Assembly (NCBI GenBank): GCA_050952645.1
Contig: JBMNLI010000010.1
Span: 128,001 to 192,000, forward strand
DNA length: 64,000 bases
Reading direction: 5' to 3'
Source: Bdellovibrionota bacterium
GTDB taxonomy: Bacteria; Bdellovibrionota_C; UBA2361; CAKMMH01
Shown here: piece by piece, positions 44,065-53,920 of the stretch
How positions within the stretch are numbered: the stretch's first letter is position 1
How the letters are laid out: every line of letters begins with the position of its first letter
The notes under the pieces: generated by a model
What the model saw: only the letters and a program-made list of their open reading frames with translations
The model's database searches: none
What the model was told of the DNA's origin: nothing
Made by a program: the position numbers and the translations under genes

Positions 44065-45687
44065 ATGAAAATTTTTTTAGCAATAAAACCACGCATTTTA
44101 GAACTATTAAATAGCATTAAGCAGAAAATAAAAACACCTAAAGGGTTTGGCCGAGATTTCTTCTTAATTTTTATCGCATCACTTTTATTATATGCAACAT
44201 TTAAAGGAACTTTGTTTTTAGCTAACATTTTTTCTGTTCCATTTTTTCCACTTAATATGATATTTACAATGCTATTTGCGCTAATTTTATTTTCAGGCGC
44301 CATAATTTCTATAAACGAGTTTTTCGTTTCAAAAGATTTAAGTGTTTATTTAACCTCTCCTATTTCAAATTTTAATTTTTATATAGGAAAAATTATTATT
44401 ACTGTTTTTACCGCTTCTTGGATGCCCTCTCTTCTCCTTATTCCTATCTTGCTAGCGTTTGGCGTGCACTATAATCAAGGTTTAATTTATTATTTACTTT
44501 TTCCACTTGTAGTTTTACCGATACTAGCAATACCTATTTTTATAGGCAATATCGCTGTTTTTATCTTAGCGAAACTTATACCTTTAAAAGTATTTAAAGA
44601 AGTGTTGTTTTTCTTTTATATTACCATGTTTCTTTTAGTAGGAATTTTTGTAAAAAACTTATTTACTTTAAAATTTGATAATAATATTAGTGGGAATATT
44701 AATGGAATAGAAGCCGCTTCATCTCTTTCAAGTTATATGCCTTTTGAGTGGGGTGCTATTTTTTTAAACAACTTATTAAAAGAAAATAGTATTTCATTAA
44801 ATTATTTTCTACTTTTATATATAGTTTTTTTTACACTTCTTTTTATTTCATATTTAGTTTTTAAGAAATATTATTTTATCTCACTAAATGCAGCACATTC
44901 TTTTTCATCTGCTAAGACTCACAGAGTAAAAATATTAGAAAACGCTATATATAAAATTACTAACTTTTTAGGCACTGCAAGGCAAGAGATACTTTTAAAG
45001 GAATACAAAACTTTTCTTAGAAATATTGGGCAATCTTCTCAAATATTTTTATTACTCGGCATCGTGTTTTTATATTTTAGTAATTTAAGATTTATTACGA
45101 CACTTTCTTCATTAAATAATATTTACATGGCTATTATAAGTCTAGGAGTATGCACTTTTATTTTGATAGCTTTTTGTTCAAGGTTTGTTTTTCCATCTCT
45201 TTCACTAGAGGCAAAAGCTTACGATATATTTTTACAAAGCCCTATTAGTTTAAGATTATTTTATAATTCAAAAAAATTATTTTGGTTTGTTTTTTTAAGT
45301 TTAATATCTACTACCATTTTCATCGCAACCTCTTTAGCGCTATCGCTTTCTCCTATATATATTTTTGCAAATTTTTTTATAGGTCTTATCTTTTCTTACG
45401 GACTTATAAATATTGCAATGTTTGTAGGGAGTTCTTTTTTAAAATTAAATTGGAAAAATCCTTACGAACTTTGTTCTTCAGTTGGAAGCCTATGCACGAT
45501 GCTTTTAAGTATTTGTTATTTAATTATTTTTAGCATTCTTATTTATTATTTGTTTGATTATATAAGCTTAAACTACTTACCTTTAAAATTAACCATTATT
45601 TTGCTTGGAGTATTGTTTTTAAATATACTACTTTCTAATATCTTAACTAATATCGGCTTTAAAAATTTAAAGCAAAAAATTTCCTAA
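44065..45687 (+). CDS. Putative ABC exporter permease
   Basis: Many TM segments, PSLSLE motif, adjacent to the ATPase. Confidence 0.8.
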   Translation: MKIFLAIKPRILELLNSIKQKIKTPKGFGRDFFLIFIASLLLYATFKGTLFLANIFSVPFFPLNMIFTMLFALILFSGAIISINEFFVSKDLSVYLTSPISNFNFYIGKIIITVFTASWMPSLLLIPILLAFGVHYNQGLIYYLLFPLVVLPILAIPIFIGNIAVFILAKLIPLKVFKEVLFFFYITMFLLVGIFVKNLFTLKFDNNISGNINGIEAASSLSSYMPFEWGAIFLNNLLKENSISLNYFLLLYIVFFTLLFISYLVFKKYYFISLNAAHSFSSAKTHRVKILENAIYKITNFLGTARQEILLKEYKTFLRNIGQSSQIFLLLGIVFLYFSNLRFITTLSSLNNIYMAIISLGVCTFILIAFCSRFVFPSLSLEAKAYDIFLQSPISLRLFYNSKKLFWFVFLSLISTTIFIATSLALSLSPIYIFANFFIGLIFSYGLINIAMFVGSSFLKLNWKNPYELCSSVGSLCTMLLSICYLIIFSILIYYLFDYISLNYLPLKLTIILLGVLFLNILLSNILTNIGFKNLKQKIS

Positions 45688-45808
45688 AAATTCCTATAAA
45701 TAAGTTGATTGAAACAAAAATAAATTGCATAACCTTTCTAATAGCGTTTGCTAAAGGTTAAAGATAATAAAAAGGTTTTAACATAGCCTTTAACATAGAA
45801 AGGATATT

Positions 45809-46999
45809 TTGAATACCATGCGAAATAAAAGAAAACGAGGCGAAAATAAGCAAGCACGTGAGTTTAGGGACGTGATTAAGCTTCTTCCTCCTTCTTCTAT
45901 TTGGAATTATGCGCATTATTATTACATAATTGAGTTTATTAAACTAAGGAGACAACCTGAAAAAACGAATGAAGGTAATTTAGAATATAAACAACAGTTA
46001 GATGCCTTAGAAGAACTCGTTAATACTTGGGCTAAAATCAAAAAATATTTTGCTATAATTCTATTAAGTTTGCTTAAAATAATATTGCGCTTTTTTTGTC
46101 TTTTCGGGCTTACCTCTAAGTCTATAAATAAAAGCATAAAAGATATTGAAAATGCCTTTGACAGACAGGCTACAAACTTAAAGAATGGAGCTTCTCTTAA
46201 TACTAAGACTGACGATGAAATTTCGGCAGAAAAAGCTATTGCGCGCTTTGAAGAAAAGATAGAAAAGCTTACTAAACGCTACGAGAAAAATGACAATATA
46301 TCATCATATATAGATATATTCTATTCTAGCGTGATAAAATTTGGAACTCAAAAAGCTAAAACTGAAATCGTTTATCTTAAGGCTAAAGAAGAAAAACAAC
46401 GAAGTCAAGCTTTATGGAGAGATAGTTTTATAATAAGAGCTTTCGGGTTTGGAACTTTTAAGCTTGCTAAACGCCTTCTTGCGATCTTAGCTGTAGGTAT
46501 GGCATTGCCTTTCCTAATTAACTTACTAGTAAAACCAACCCCCGACTACTCAAGCGCAGAGAGTTTCGTTCATGGGATAGGGTGGACAGCAATTTTTTGG
46601 GCAATTACGCTTGCGATAACTCTATATTTTAACAATAAACGTATGATTAAAATATGGGATCGGGCAGAAGGTGCTATCTTAGAGGCTCAATTACTTCACA
46701 TCGAAAGCACTGCTACTCTTTGTGATGAAACTCTAGTAGATATTAAAAACTGCCTTAATTTGCCTTTAGAACTTATCGAAGACAAAATGGCTAAAACTAT
46801 AATTGAAGACAACTTTAAATCTATATATAATATGATAAAAGGATATGAAGAAAGAGCAATTTCCTTAAAAAGAGAAATAGCTAGGCACAATAAGAAAGTT
46901 AGCCTTCTTGGAATCATAAGAAACTTACTCGACCAAGCGGCTCAAGGTGGTGCAGTGTCAGAAGGCGCAGATATATTTGAAAGTATGTTTGGTGGTTGA
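45809..46999 (+). CDS. Hypothetical membrane protein with coiled-coil regions
   Basis: 396-aa ORF with 2-3 hydrophobic helices; no family recognised. Confidence 0.6.
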   Translation: MNTMRNKRKRGENKQAREFRDVIKLLPPSSIWNYAHYYYIIEFIKLRRQPEKTNEGNLEYKQQLDALEELVNTWAKIKKYFAIILLSLLKIILRFFCLFGLTSKSINKSIKDIENAFDRQATNLKNGASLNTKTDDEISAEKAIARFEEKIEKLTKRYEKNDNISSYIDIFYSSVIKFGTQKAKTEIVYLKAKEEKQRSQALWRDSFIIRAFGFGTFKLAKRLLAILAVGMALPFLINLLVKPTPDYSSAESFVHGIGWTAIFWAITLAITLYFNNKRMIKIWDRAEGAILEAQLLHIESTATLCDETLVDIKNCLNLPLELIEDKMAKTIIEDNFKSIYNMIKGYEERAISLKREIARHNKKVSLLGIIRNLLDQAAQGGAVSEGADIFESMFGG

Positions 47000-47063
47000 T
47001 AAAAATCGCTCACTCATTCTCGATACCATATAGCGAAGCTAAAGACGCTATTATCTATAAGTA

Positions 47064-47108
47064 TAGAGAGTCACTAAACTTAAAATTTAATGGCTCTCTA
47101 TTTTTTTA
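47064..47108. terminator. Hairpin terminator between convergent genes
   Basis: TAGAGAGTCA...TGGCTCTCTA followed by a T run. Confidence 0.65.
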
Positions 47109-47113
47109 TATTT

Positions 47114-47902
47114 TTATAGCTCATATTTTTTATAATTACTTGGGATTTTAATTATATAAATTTTAGGGTCTAGAGTGGCATCATACTCTTGTTTTATAAT
47201 ATTAAAATTCATATATAAATTAGCCTGAGGGAATATAACAAATACCATATTATCCGATTTTTTTAATCTCATTTTTAACTCTTTACCCTTATCCCATAAA
47301 TCGTAATTTAGTAATTTATAATTATTTAAATCAAACTCTATATACTCATTTTTATCCTTACTTATAACTTGAAGCAATTTTTCTTTTTTATTCGTAGAAT
47401 TATTCGTAGAACTTAAAATATAGAAATCGTAATTTTTTAAATTTTCATAACTTAAATCGCTATTTCCTACAAAACTCTCTAATAGTGATTTATAATCAAC
47501 TTCTTCTTTCCATAATTTTTTTAAAATATCATTTGCGCTATCAGATGTTAGCACTATTTTTTGTTGTCTATCTAGAAACACTGCACCACATTTATTTTGG
47601 GTTAATATATGTAGTGATAAAAAAGTATCTGGTGGGAAAGCCTCAACTCTTAAATACCCATTTTTATCGTATAAAAATAGATACCTAAATTTATACCCTA
47701 CGCCGTTTTCTACTACCACTACATCTGTTAAAAATCTTACATTAGAAAATTCTTTTTTATTTTTACTTATCTTATTAAAAATTTCTTCTTTCTGATTATC
47801 CCCTAAAGCCATCTCGCTAGGTGTAGGAAACTTTGCTTTCTCTCTTACAGCACAAGCTGAAAAACAAAAACTTATTACTATAAATAAAAAATATTTTTTC
47901 AT
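47114..47902 (-). CDS. Hypothetical lipoprotein (possible LolA/LolB-like fold)
   Basis: Lipobox FSAC; beta-rich; follows the TPR lipoprotein. Confidence 0.6.
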   Translation of the reverse strand: MKKYFLFIVISFCFSACAVREKAKFPTPSEMALGDNQKEEIFNKISKNKKEFSNVRFLTDVVVVENGVGYKFRYLFLYDKNGYLRVEAFPPDTFLSLHILTQNKCGAVFLDRQQKIVLTSDSANDILKKLWKEEVDYKSLLESFVGNSDLSYENLKNYDFYILSSTNNSTNKKEKLLQVISKDKNEYIEFDLNNYKLLNYDLWDKGKELKMRLKKSDNMVFVIFPQANLYMNFNIIKQEYDATLDPKIYIIKIPSNYKKYEL

Positions 47903-47933
47903 AACTATTATTAAATTTCAAATATTAAATTTT

Positions 47934-49691
47934 TTATTTTAGATTATTTAACTTTTTTTCCATTCGCTTTATCGATTTTTGATCCTCTTTACCTAAATTA
48001 TCACTCTTTTTTGCTAATCCTTGTTTATAATATCTTTTTGCAAGAGTCTCATTTCCATCGGCTAAATACGCATCTCCTATATGCTCTAAAATAACTATAT
48101 CATCATCTGCTAAATTAAGTGCTTGCAAAAGTAAGTCGAGTGCCACTTTATACTTTTTTTTCTTATACTTTACCCAACCTAACGTATCTAGATAATATGG
48201 ATTTTTAGGTTCTTTTTTTATCGCTCTTTTAGCGTATTCTTCCGCCTTGTCTAAATTTATATTATCTTCTGCCCAAGAATAAGCTATATAGTTTAAGGCC
48301 TCAGCATGCTCTGGATTTTTAGTTAACACATACTTCATCTTTTCTAAAGCCACATCTTTTTTACCCATTTCATATTGCAAAATTGCGTATTGAAATATCA
48401 TGTCTATATCACCAGGGTTTTTTTCTAGGTATTCGAGAATTAAATCTTCAGTCTTAGATTTTTTATCTAATTTCCTATAAACCATAATAAGTGTCATCGC
48501 TATTCTTTTATCAAATGGCACATTCTTATAAGCTTCTTCTAAAACTTTTTGCGATTCAACATCTCTATTTAATTTTCTTAAAACGTAAGATAAAACCAAT
48601 TTTGCATCGACGTAATTGCTCGCATCGTTTTCAAATTTCACTTTTTCTAATTCGATTGCGGCTTCTTCATATTTTTTTTGTGCCACATAGACCGTTCCTA
48701 AAGCGTATCTTGCGCCTAAATGATCGGGATTAGAAGCTAAAAGCAAATTTAATGCTTTAGCTGCTTGCTCAGGCATATTTTTTTGCATATATATTAAGGC
48801 TATCTTATATCTAACCTCAACTGAAGCCTCTTTAGTTTCATTTAATGTATTAAAATGAGATAGAGCCTCATCTAAATTATTATCTTGAAGCGATAACTCT
48901 GCTAATATTCGTCTAGCTAATGCATGATTTGGTTTTTCTTCTATAACCTTTAAAGCTACTTTTTTAGCTTCTTCTAGTTTGCTTTGTAAAATTAGCACTC
49001 TACAATATTCCATAGCTAAAATATCGTTATCTTGCTCTAACTCATAGGCTTGTTTTAATATGCTTTCAGCTTTTTCAGTTTCTTTTTGTTTCTCATATAC
49101 TCTAGCTAAATATTGGTATGAAATTATCTCATCTGGAAATTTTAAAATCATTTCTTCTAGCAACTCTTGAGCTTTCTTTATATTCCCTTCTTCTCTATAA
49201 ATATCTGCTAGTAAAAGATAAGCATTTTTTTGTTTTTCATCACTCTGTATAATGAATTTATAAGCTTTTTTAGCTTCATCACTTTGCGAAAGTGCCTCAC
49301 AAAGCCCGGCTTTGATGTAATAGTGGTCTAATTTTTTAGGTGCTTCTTTTATTGCAATATTTATTTCTCCTAAGGCTTTTTCTAAAAGCCCTTCTCTTAA
49401 ATACAGCTCTGCTAATTTAGCATGCACCGTTGCCGAGTTATCCTCAGAAAGCTCACCAGCTTTTTTAAGATTATCGAGCGCTGACTCAAAATTTTGCTCC
49501 GACAGCTCCATATTCCCCATTAAAAAATGGTGAAAAGACGAAGATTGCTTTTCCATGTTATCTTTCATTAAGTTTAATTTAGTATTTTTTATATTGACAG
49601 TCGGCGGAAGCTCTGTTCGTTGCGTATTAGAACAAGCTACTATTACAGTGGTAAAAACGAATATGGATGCAAATATTATCTTTCTTTTCAC
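47934..49691 (-). CDS. Tetratricopeptide-repeat lipoprotein
   Basis: Lipobox IVAC; many TPRs; ALNYIAYSWA...YYLDTLGWV...ILEHIGDAY. Confidence 0.88.
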   Translation of the reverse strand: MKRKIIFASIFVFTTVIVACSNTQRTELPPTVNIKNTKLNLMKDNMEKQSSSFHHFLMGNMELSEQNFESALDNLKKAGELSEDNSATVHAKLAELYLREGLLEKALGEINIAIKEAPKKLDHYYIKAGLCEALSQSDEAKKAYKFIIQSDEKQKNAYLLLADIYREEGNIKKAQELLEEMILKFPDEIISYQYLARVYEKQKETEKAESILKQAYELEQDNDILAMEYCRVLILQSKLEEAKKVALKVIEEKPNHALARRILAELSLQDNNLDEALSHFNTLNETKEASVEVRYKIALIYMQKNMPEQAAKALNLLLASNPDHLGARYALGTVYVAQKKYEEAAIELEKVKFENDASNYVDAKLVLSYVLRKLNRDVESQKVLEEAYKNVPFDKRIAMTLIMVYRKLDKKSKTEDLILEYLEKNPGDIDMIFQYAILQYEMGKKDVALEKMKYVLTKNPEHAEALNYIAYSWAEDNINLDKAEEYAKRAIKKEPKNPYYLDTLGWVKYKKKKYKVALDLLLQALNLADDDIVILEHIGDAYLADGNETLAKRYYKQGLAKKSDNLGKEDQKSIKRMEKKLNNLK

Positions 49692-49898
49692 GAGAGAAAT
49701 ACCCTTAAAACAAAAACTTTAGTAAAAACTTAAAATCTCATAAGGTATACTAACTTATAATTATTTTCTTAACAATTAGATATTTATTTTAAATACTAAA
49801 AAATAAACTTAAAAGCATCTTAAATTTTTATTAAACCTTTACATATTTTTTTTATATTGGTATATTGTGGATTGTTCAAAAAATCAATTTTTAAGTTT

Positions 49899-49971
49899 GA
49901 CCCTATCGTCTAGTGGTCTAGGATGCTAGCCTCTCACGCTGGAGACACGAGTTCGAACCTCGTTAGGGTCA
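49899..49971 (+). tRNA. tRNA-Glu (anticodon CTC), CCA not encoded
   Basis: GACCCTA/TAGGGTC acceptor stem, CTAGC-CTCTCAC-GCTGG anticodon arm, GTTCGAA T-loop. Confidence 0.93.
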
Positions 49972-50107
49972 TACATTTTTTTCCTTCTTCTTAACTTTTC
50001 TTTTTTATTTCCTTTACTCTCTTAATTCTCTTATTCTCTAATTATGTTCTCTAATTATTCTCTGATTTTTTTCAGAAAATGTATAAAAAATATATATCGT
50101 GTAAATT

Positions 50108-50180
50108 ATATATTGAAAGTCCTTTATTAAAAGCCTTTGTCTTAAAGTAAACATCTTTAAAAAGACTTTTCAATATATAA
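50108..50180. terminator. Long inverted repeat downstream of the HU gene
   Basis: TATATTGAAAGTC...GACTTTTCAATATA. Confidence 0.5.
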
Positions 50181-50220
50181 AATTAACTATAAAAACTAAC
50201 TCATAAGCCGTTAAGCTTAA

Positions 50221-51120
50221 TTATTCATCTACTGCTTCAACTAATGATTTTGCTGGTGCAAATCTAACACGGTTTTTAGCCTTTATATGAACTACCTCGC
50301 CAGTAGATGGGTTTCTTCCTAATCTAGCTTTTGTTTTTCTTATATAAAGTTTGCCAATACCTAAAAATGGAACCTTATATCCTTTAGAAAGAGCATCTAC
50401 TATAAATGAAGTGATATCATCACATATTTCTTTAGCTTGAGTTCTTTTTTCTAATCCACAAAAAGCTTTAACATGATCATAAAATTCTAATTGAGTATAG
50501 CTAAGCGTCGACTCATTGTTAGGTTTCATAGCAGACGTCATTTTCGCATTTTCTTCTTTTTCCACAGCCTTAGTTGCCTTAGTAGTTTTTGTAGCCTTTG
50601 CTTGTTTCTTATCGCTTACTACGCTACTTTTAGCTTCTTTAGTTTTAGTTTCTTTCGTTTTGGCTTCTTTCTTAGAAGCTACTTTTTTATTCTCTGCTTT
50701 TTTAGGCTCTGTTTTTTTAGTTTCAGTTTTTTTAGCTGTCCCTTTCTTAGCGGTAGTTGTAGCTTTTGCTTTAGTAGTAGTTTTAGAAGCGGTAGCTTTC
50801 TTTGCTACTTTAGTAGCTTTAGTAGAAACTTGTTTTTTTGCTTTATCTGCCGTAGTTTTATCTTTAGTAGCCTTACTAGTTTTTTTAGCAACACTTTCTT
50901 TTTTAGCACTAGTAGTTTTAGCTGTAGCCTTTTTAGTCGTAGTTTTCTTAGGCTCTGCTTTCTTAGCAGTAGTTTTCTTATCGACTACTTTTTTCTCTGT
51001 AGCTTTCTCTGCATTCTTTTTAGCCGTAGTTTTTTTAGTCGTCGTTTTCTTTTCTGCTACTTTTTTCGTTGTAGTTTTCTTCTCTGCTTTCTCTTTTTTA
51101 GTCGAAGTTGACTTTGCCAT
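50221..51120 (-). CDS. HU/IHF-family DNA-binding protein with a ~200-aa N-terminal Lys/Ala/Thr-rich histone-H1-like extension
   Basis: C-terminal GIGKLYIRKTKARLGRNPSTGE...VRFAPAKSL; SD AAAGGAG before ATG 51120. Confidence 0.88.
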   Translation of the reverse strand: MAKSTSTKKEKAEKKTTTKKVAEKKTTTKKTTAKKNAEKATEKKVVDKKTTAKKAEPKKTTTKKATAKTTSAKKESVAKKTSKATKDKTTADKAKKQVSTKATKVAKKATASKTTTKAKATTTAKKGTAKKTETKKTEPKKAENKKVASKKEAKTKETKTKEAKSSVVSDKKQAKATKTTKATKAVEKEENAKMTSAMKPNNESTLSYTQLEFYDHVKAFCGLEKRTQAKEICDDITSFIVDALSKGYKVPFLGIGKLYIRKTKARLGRNPSTGEVVHIKAKNRVRFAPAKSLVEAVDE

Positions 51121-51328
51121 TTTAGCTCCTTTATAAAATAACAAGATAAAAGATGTATGTAATTATAATAAAAATAACACTACTAAAAAAAAATAACACT
51201 ATTGCTATAAATAATAAAAAATTGATATATTTACATAGATATATTTACATAGTGTTTAATGTCTTTTTACTTAAAAACTATACACAAACTAATTTTACTA
51301 AAATCACAAATTTATACAACTTATAAAA

Positions 51329-51973
51329 ATGCTAAAAACAAGATTTTACACAACTTTTCTGGCTTTTTCGTTCTTTTTTACAGCTTTTGCAGCTTTTAGC
51401 CAAGAAATAATAGAACAAAAAGATATTTTTATAGATATTCCAAGTCAAATGACTAGTGTTAAAAGCGATAATCCATACGTTGTCGCTCAAATGAAATTTA
51501 AATACAAAAATTTTCCTACCGTTACTATTACTAAGGACGAGGGTAAAGGAAGTGTTGGTTTTTTACCGCAAGAGTTAGAGATAAAACTAAAAGAAACTTA
51601 TGAAAAACTTAGGTTCTCGGTAATTTCTTCAAAGTATTTAAAAAGTCAAAAAATTTCTAACATAACGACTAATTTATTTCAAATAGAATATACTTATGGG
51701 GATATGCTATTTATTTCTCTTATAAATATTTTTACTTATAACGACACTCTTTATTACATAACTACTATAAACGAGCTAAACGAAGAGAACCCATTAGAGC
51801 TAACTCTTCAATTTCAAGAAAGTTTTTTAAATAATATTTCTCTTAAGAAAAAAGAAAATAAAAAGTTTAAAACTACTAAAAACGGCGATAAAACTGCTAC
51901 TAATGTAATGCTTGCTTGCGTTGCCGTGTTAGCTATGGCCATTTTATACGGTGGAAGTAAAGCTAAAAGCTAA
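51329..51973 (+). CDS. Hypothetical exported protein with a C-terminal membrane anchor
   Basis: Signal peptide (AFA-AFS) and a C-terminal hydrophobic helix. Confidence 0.65.
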   Translation: MLKTRFYTTFLAFSFFFTAFAAFSQEIIEQKDIFIDIPSQMTSVKSDNPYVVAQMKFKYKNFPTVTITKDEGKGSVGFLPQELEIKLKETYEKLRFSVISSKYLKSQKISNITTNLFQIEYTYGDMLFISLINIFTYNDTLYYITTINELNEENPLELTLQFQESFLNNISLKKKENKKFKTTKNGDKTATNVMLACVAVLAMAILYGGSKAKS

Positions 51974-52043
51974 CTTCTTGCAATCATAACTTGCCTATAA
52001 TATAGTATTTAATTATAAAAAAGTTATATTATAAAAAATTTAA

Positions 52044-52135
52044 ACTTCTTTGCGTTTTAAGTGGGTTAGATTAAGTAGATTGAAAAAATTTATCTTTTTT
52101 TTGTTAGCTTTAAACCACCTTAAAACGTAAAGAGT
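52044..52135. repeat. Dispersed palindromic element copy 8 (probable lysS leader)
   Basis: CTTCTTTGCGTTTTAAGTGGGTTAGA ... TTAGCTTTAAACCACCTTAAAACGTAAAGAG; near-identical right arm to copy 2. Confidence 0.85.
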
Positions 52136-52168
52136 GAAATTTAATATATCAAAATCTGAGGTAAAAAA

Positions 52169-53611
52169 ATGTTAGAAAATATTCGTGAAGAAAAAATTAA
52201 AAAAATGCAAAATTTTATAGATGCAGGTATTGAACCTTACCCTGCAGGTCCATATAAAAAAGAACCTACCACGGAAGCCTTAAAAAAAAGTGTAGGAGAA
52301 AATGTAAGAATAGCTGGAAGAATTATGCTTTTTAGAGAAATGGGCAATATCACTTTTCTTACTATTCAAGACGAAGCTGGAAGAATGCAAGCCGTGCTAA
52401 GTAAAAAAGAATTAGAAAATCAAGATTACAAATTTTGGATTAAAAATTTAGATATGGGAGATTTCGTAGGTCTTAAAGGGTCTAGGTTTACTACTCAAAA
52501 AGGCGAAGAGTCTGTTTTAGTTAAAACTATTACACTCTTATCTAAGTCTTTACTCCCTCTTCCAGATAAGCATAAAGCTTTACAAGATGAAGAAAAAAGA
52601 TTACGTAAAAGATATTTAGATATGATGTTTAACTCTGATGTAAAAGATTTAGTATACAAGAGAGATAAATATTGGAATGCGATAAGAACTTTCTTAAAAG
52701 AAAGAGGATTTACTGAGGTTTACACTCCAGTTTTAGAAACTACCCCTGGAGGAGCCGATGCACGTCCTTTTATTACGTATCACAACGCACTCGATATGCC
52801 CGTATACTTAAGAATCTCTATGGGAGAGTTGTGGCAAAAAAGATTAATGGTAGCAGGATTTGAGAAAACTTTTGAAATTGGCAGGCAATTTAGAAACGAG
52901 GGCATGGATGCCGAGCATCTCCAAGATTACAGCCAAGTTGAATTTTACTGGGCTTATGCAAACTATGAAATGGGCATGGAACTCGTCGAAGAAATGTATA
53001 AGTATATTGCAATGCAAGTTTTTGGAACTTTAAAATTTTCTATAAAAGGCTGGGATATCGATTTAGGGAGCGAATGGAAAAGGTATTCTTATTCTGAAAC
53101 CATCGAAGAAATGACGGGAATAAATATAAATAATGCTTCACTAGAAGATATCACGAAAAAACTTGCCGAGCTTAAGGTAGACTACGATAGAAAAGGTTGG
53201 AATATAACTAGAGCGATCGACACGCTATGGAAATATTGTAGAAAGCATATTTCGGGCCCTGGATTTTTAATACATGAACCCGTATCGATTTCTCCATTAG
53301 CAAAAAGAATGAGTTCGGATCCTAATTTAACTGAAAGATTTCACGTTTTAATTGGCGGAAGCGAGATAGGAAATGGATATAGTGAGTTAAACGACCCTTT
53401 AGATCAAGCTTCTAGATTTGAGGAACAACAAGCTCTTCGTGATAGTGGCGATGAGGAAGCACAAATGCACGATAAAGATTTTGTTGAAGCTTTAGAATAT
53501 GGAATGCCTCCTACTTGTGGTTTTGGAACTAGTGAAAGGCTTTTATGGTTTCTATTAGACAAGAGTGCTAGAGAATGTCAAACATTCCCTTTAATGAAAC
53601 CTGAAGCATAA
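52169..53611 (+). CDS. lysS: Lysine--tRNA ligase, class II
   Basis: GGADARPFITYHN, FEIGRQFRNEG, NGYSELNDP, ALEYGMPP. Confidence 0.96.
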   Translation: MLENIREEKIKKMQNFIDAGIEPYPAGPYKKEPTTEALKKSVGENVRIAGRIMLFREMGNITFLTIQDEAGRMQAVLSKKELENQDYKFWIKNLDMGDFVGLKGSRFTTQKGEESVLVKTITLLSKSLLPLPDKHKALQDEEKRLRKRYLDMMFNSDVKDLVYKRDKYWNAIRTFLKERGFTEVYTPVLETTPGGADARPFITYHNALDMPVYLRISMGELWQKRLMVAGFEKTFEIGRQFRNEGMDAEHLQDYSQVEFYWAYANYEMGMELVEEMYKYIAMQVFGTLKFSIKGWDIDLGSEWKRYSYSETIEEMTGININNASLEDITKKLAELKVDYDRKGWNITRAIDTLWKYCRKHISGPGFLIHEPVSISPLAKRMSSDPNLTERFHVLIGGSEIGNGYSELNDPLDQASRFEEQQALRDSGDEEAQMHDKDFVEALEYGMPPTCGFGTSERLLWFLLDKSARECQTFPLMKPEA

Positions 53612-53630
53612 GTAAAAATTTAAAAAAATG

Positions 53631-53900
53631 GGTTCTTCACGTTTTGAGTGGGTTAGAGTCTATCTTCTAATGTAAATTGACAAAATTATTTTATAAAACT
53701 GTTGTTGTTTTATTAAAATAATAGTTAATTTTATTGGTAAAAATAAATATTAGAGTTATTAGGAAAAGTTATCCCCATAACTGATAACTTGGCCTAGCAA
53801 TTAAAAGCTAAAGATCAAGCTGTGGATAACTTTCATAAAGACCCCATTAAACAGAGTGGCGTTTTGTTTCTCCCTAGGGCCACCCAAAACGTGAAGAACC
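53631..53900. mobile_element. 270-bp MITE-like element (copy 9) with 21-bp terminal inverted repeats
   Basis: GGTTCTTCACGTTTTGAGTGG / CCACCCAAAACGTGAAGAACC (20/21 match); non-coding interior. Confidence 0.75.
53769..53829. promoter_or_regulatory. Inverted pair of DnaA boxes
   Basis: TTATCCCCA (1 mismatch) at 53769 and perfect TGTGGATAA at 53821. Confidence 0.5.
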
Positions 53901-53920
53901 AAAAAAGAAGAAAGATTCTC

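Noticed and set aside
50491..51136. Two 206-aa plus-strand hydrophobic ORFs
   Set aside because: Antisense shadows of the low-complexity Lys/Ala/Thr tail of the HU gene
53631..53900. Chromosomal oriC
   Set aside because: Only two convincing DnaA boxes, no dnaA/dnaN/gidA context, and no obvious switch in gene orientation; GC skew was not computed
53621..53910. Target-site duplication around element copy 9
   Set aside because: The flanks (AAAAAATG vs AAAAAAGA) match only through an A run, which is uninformative in this genome
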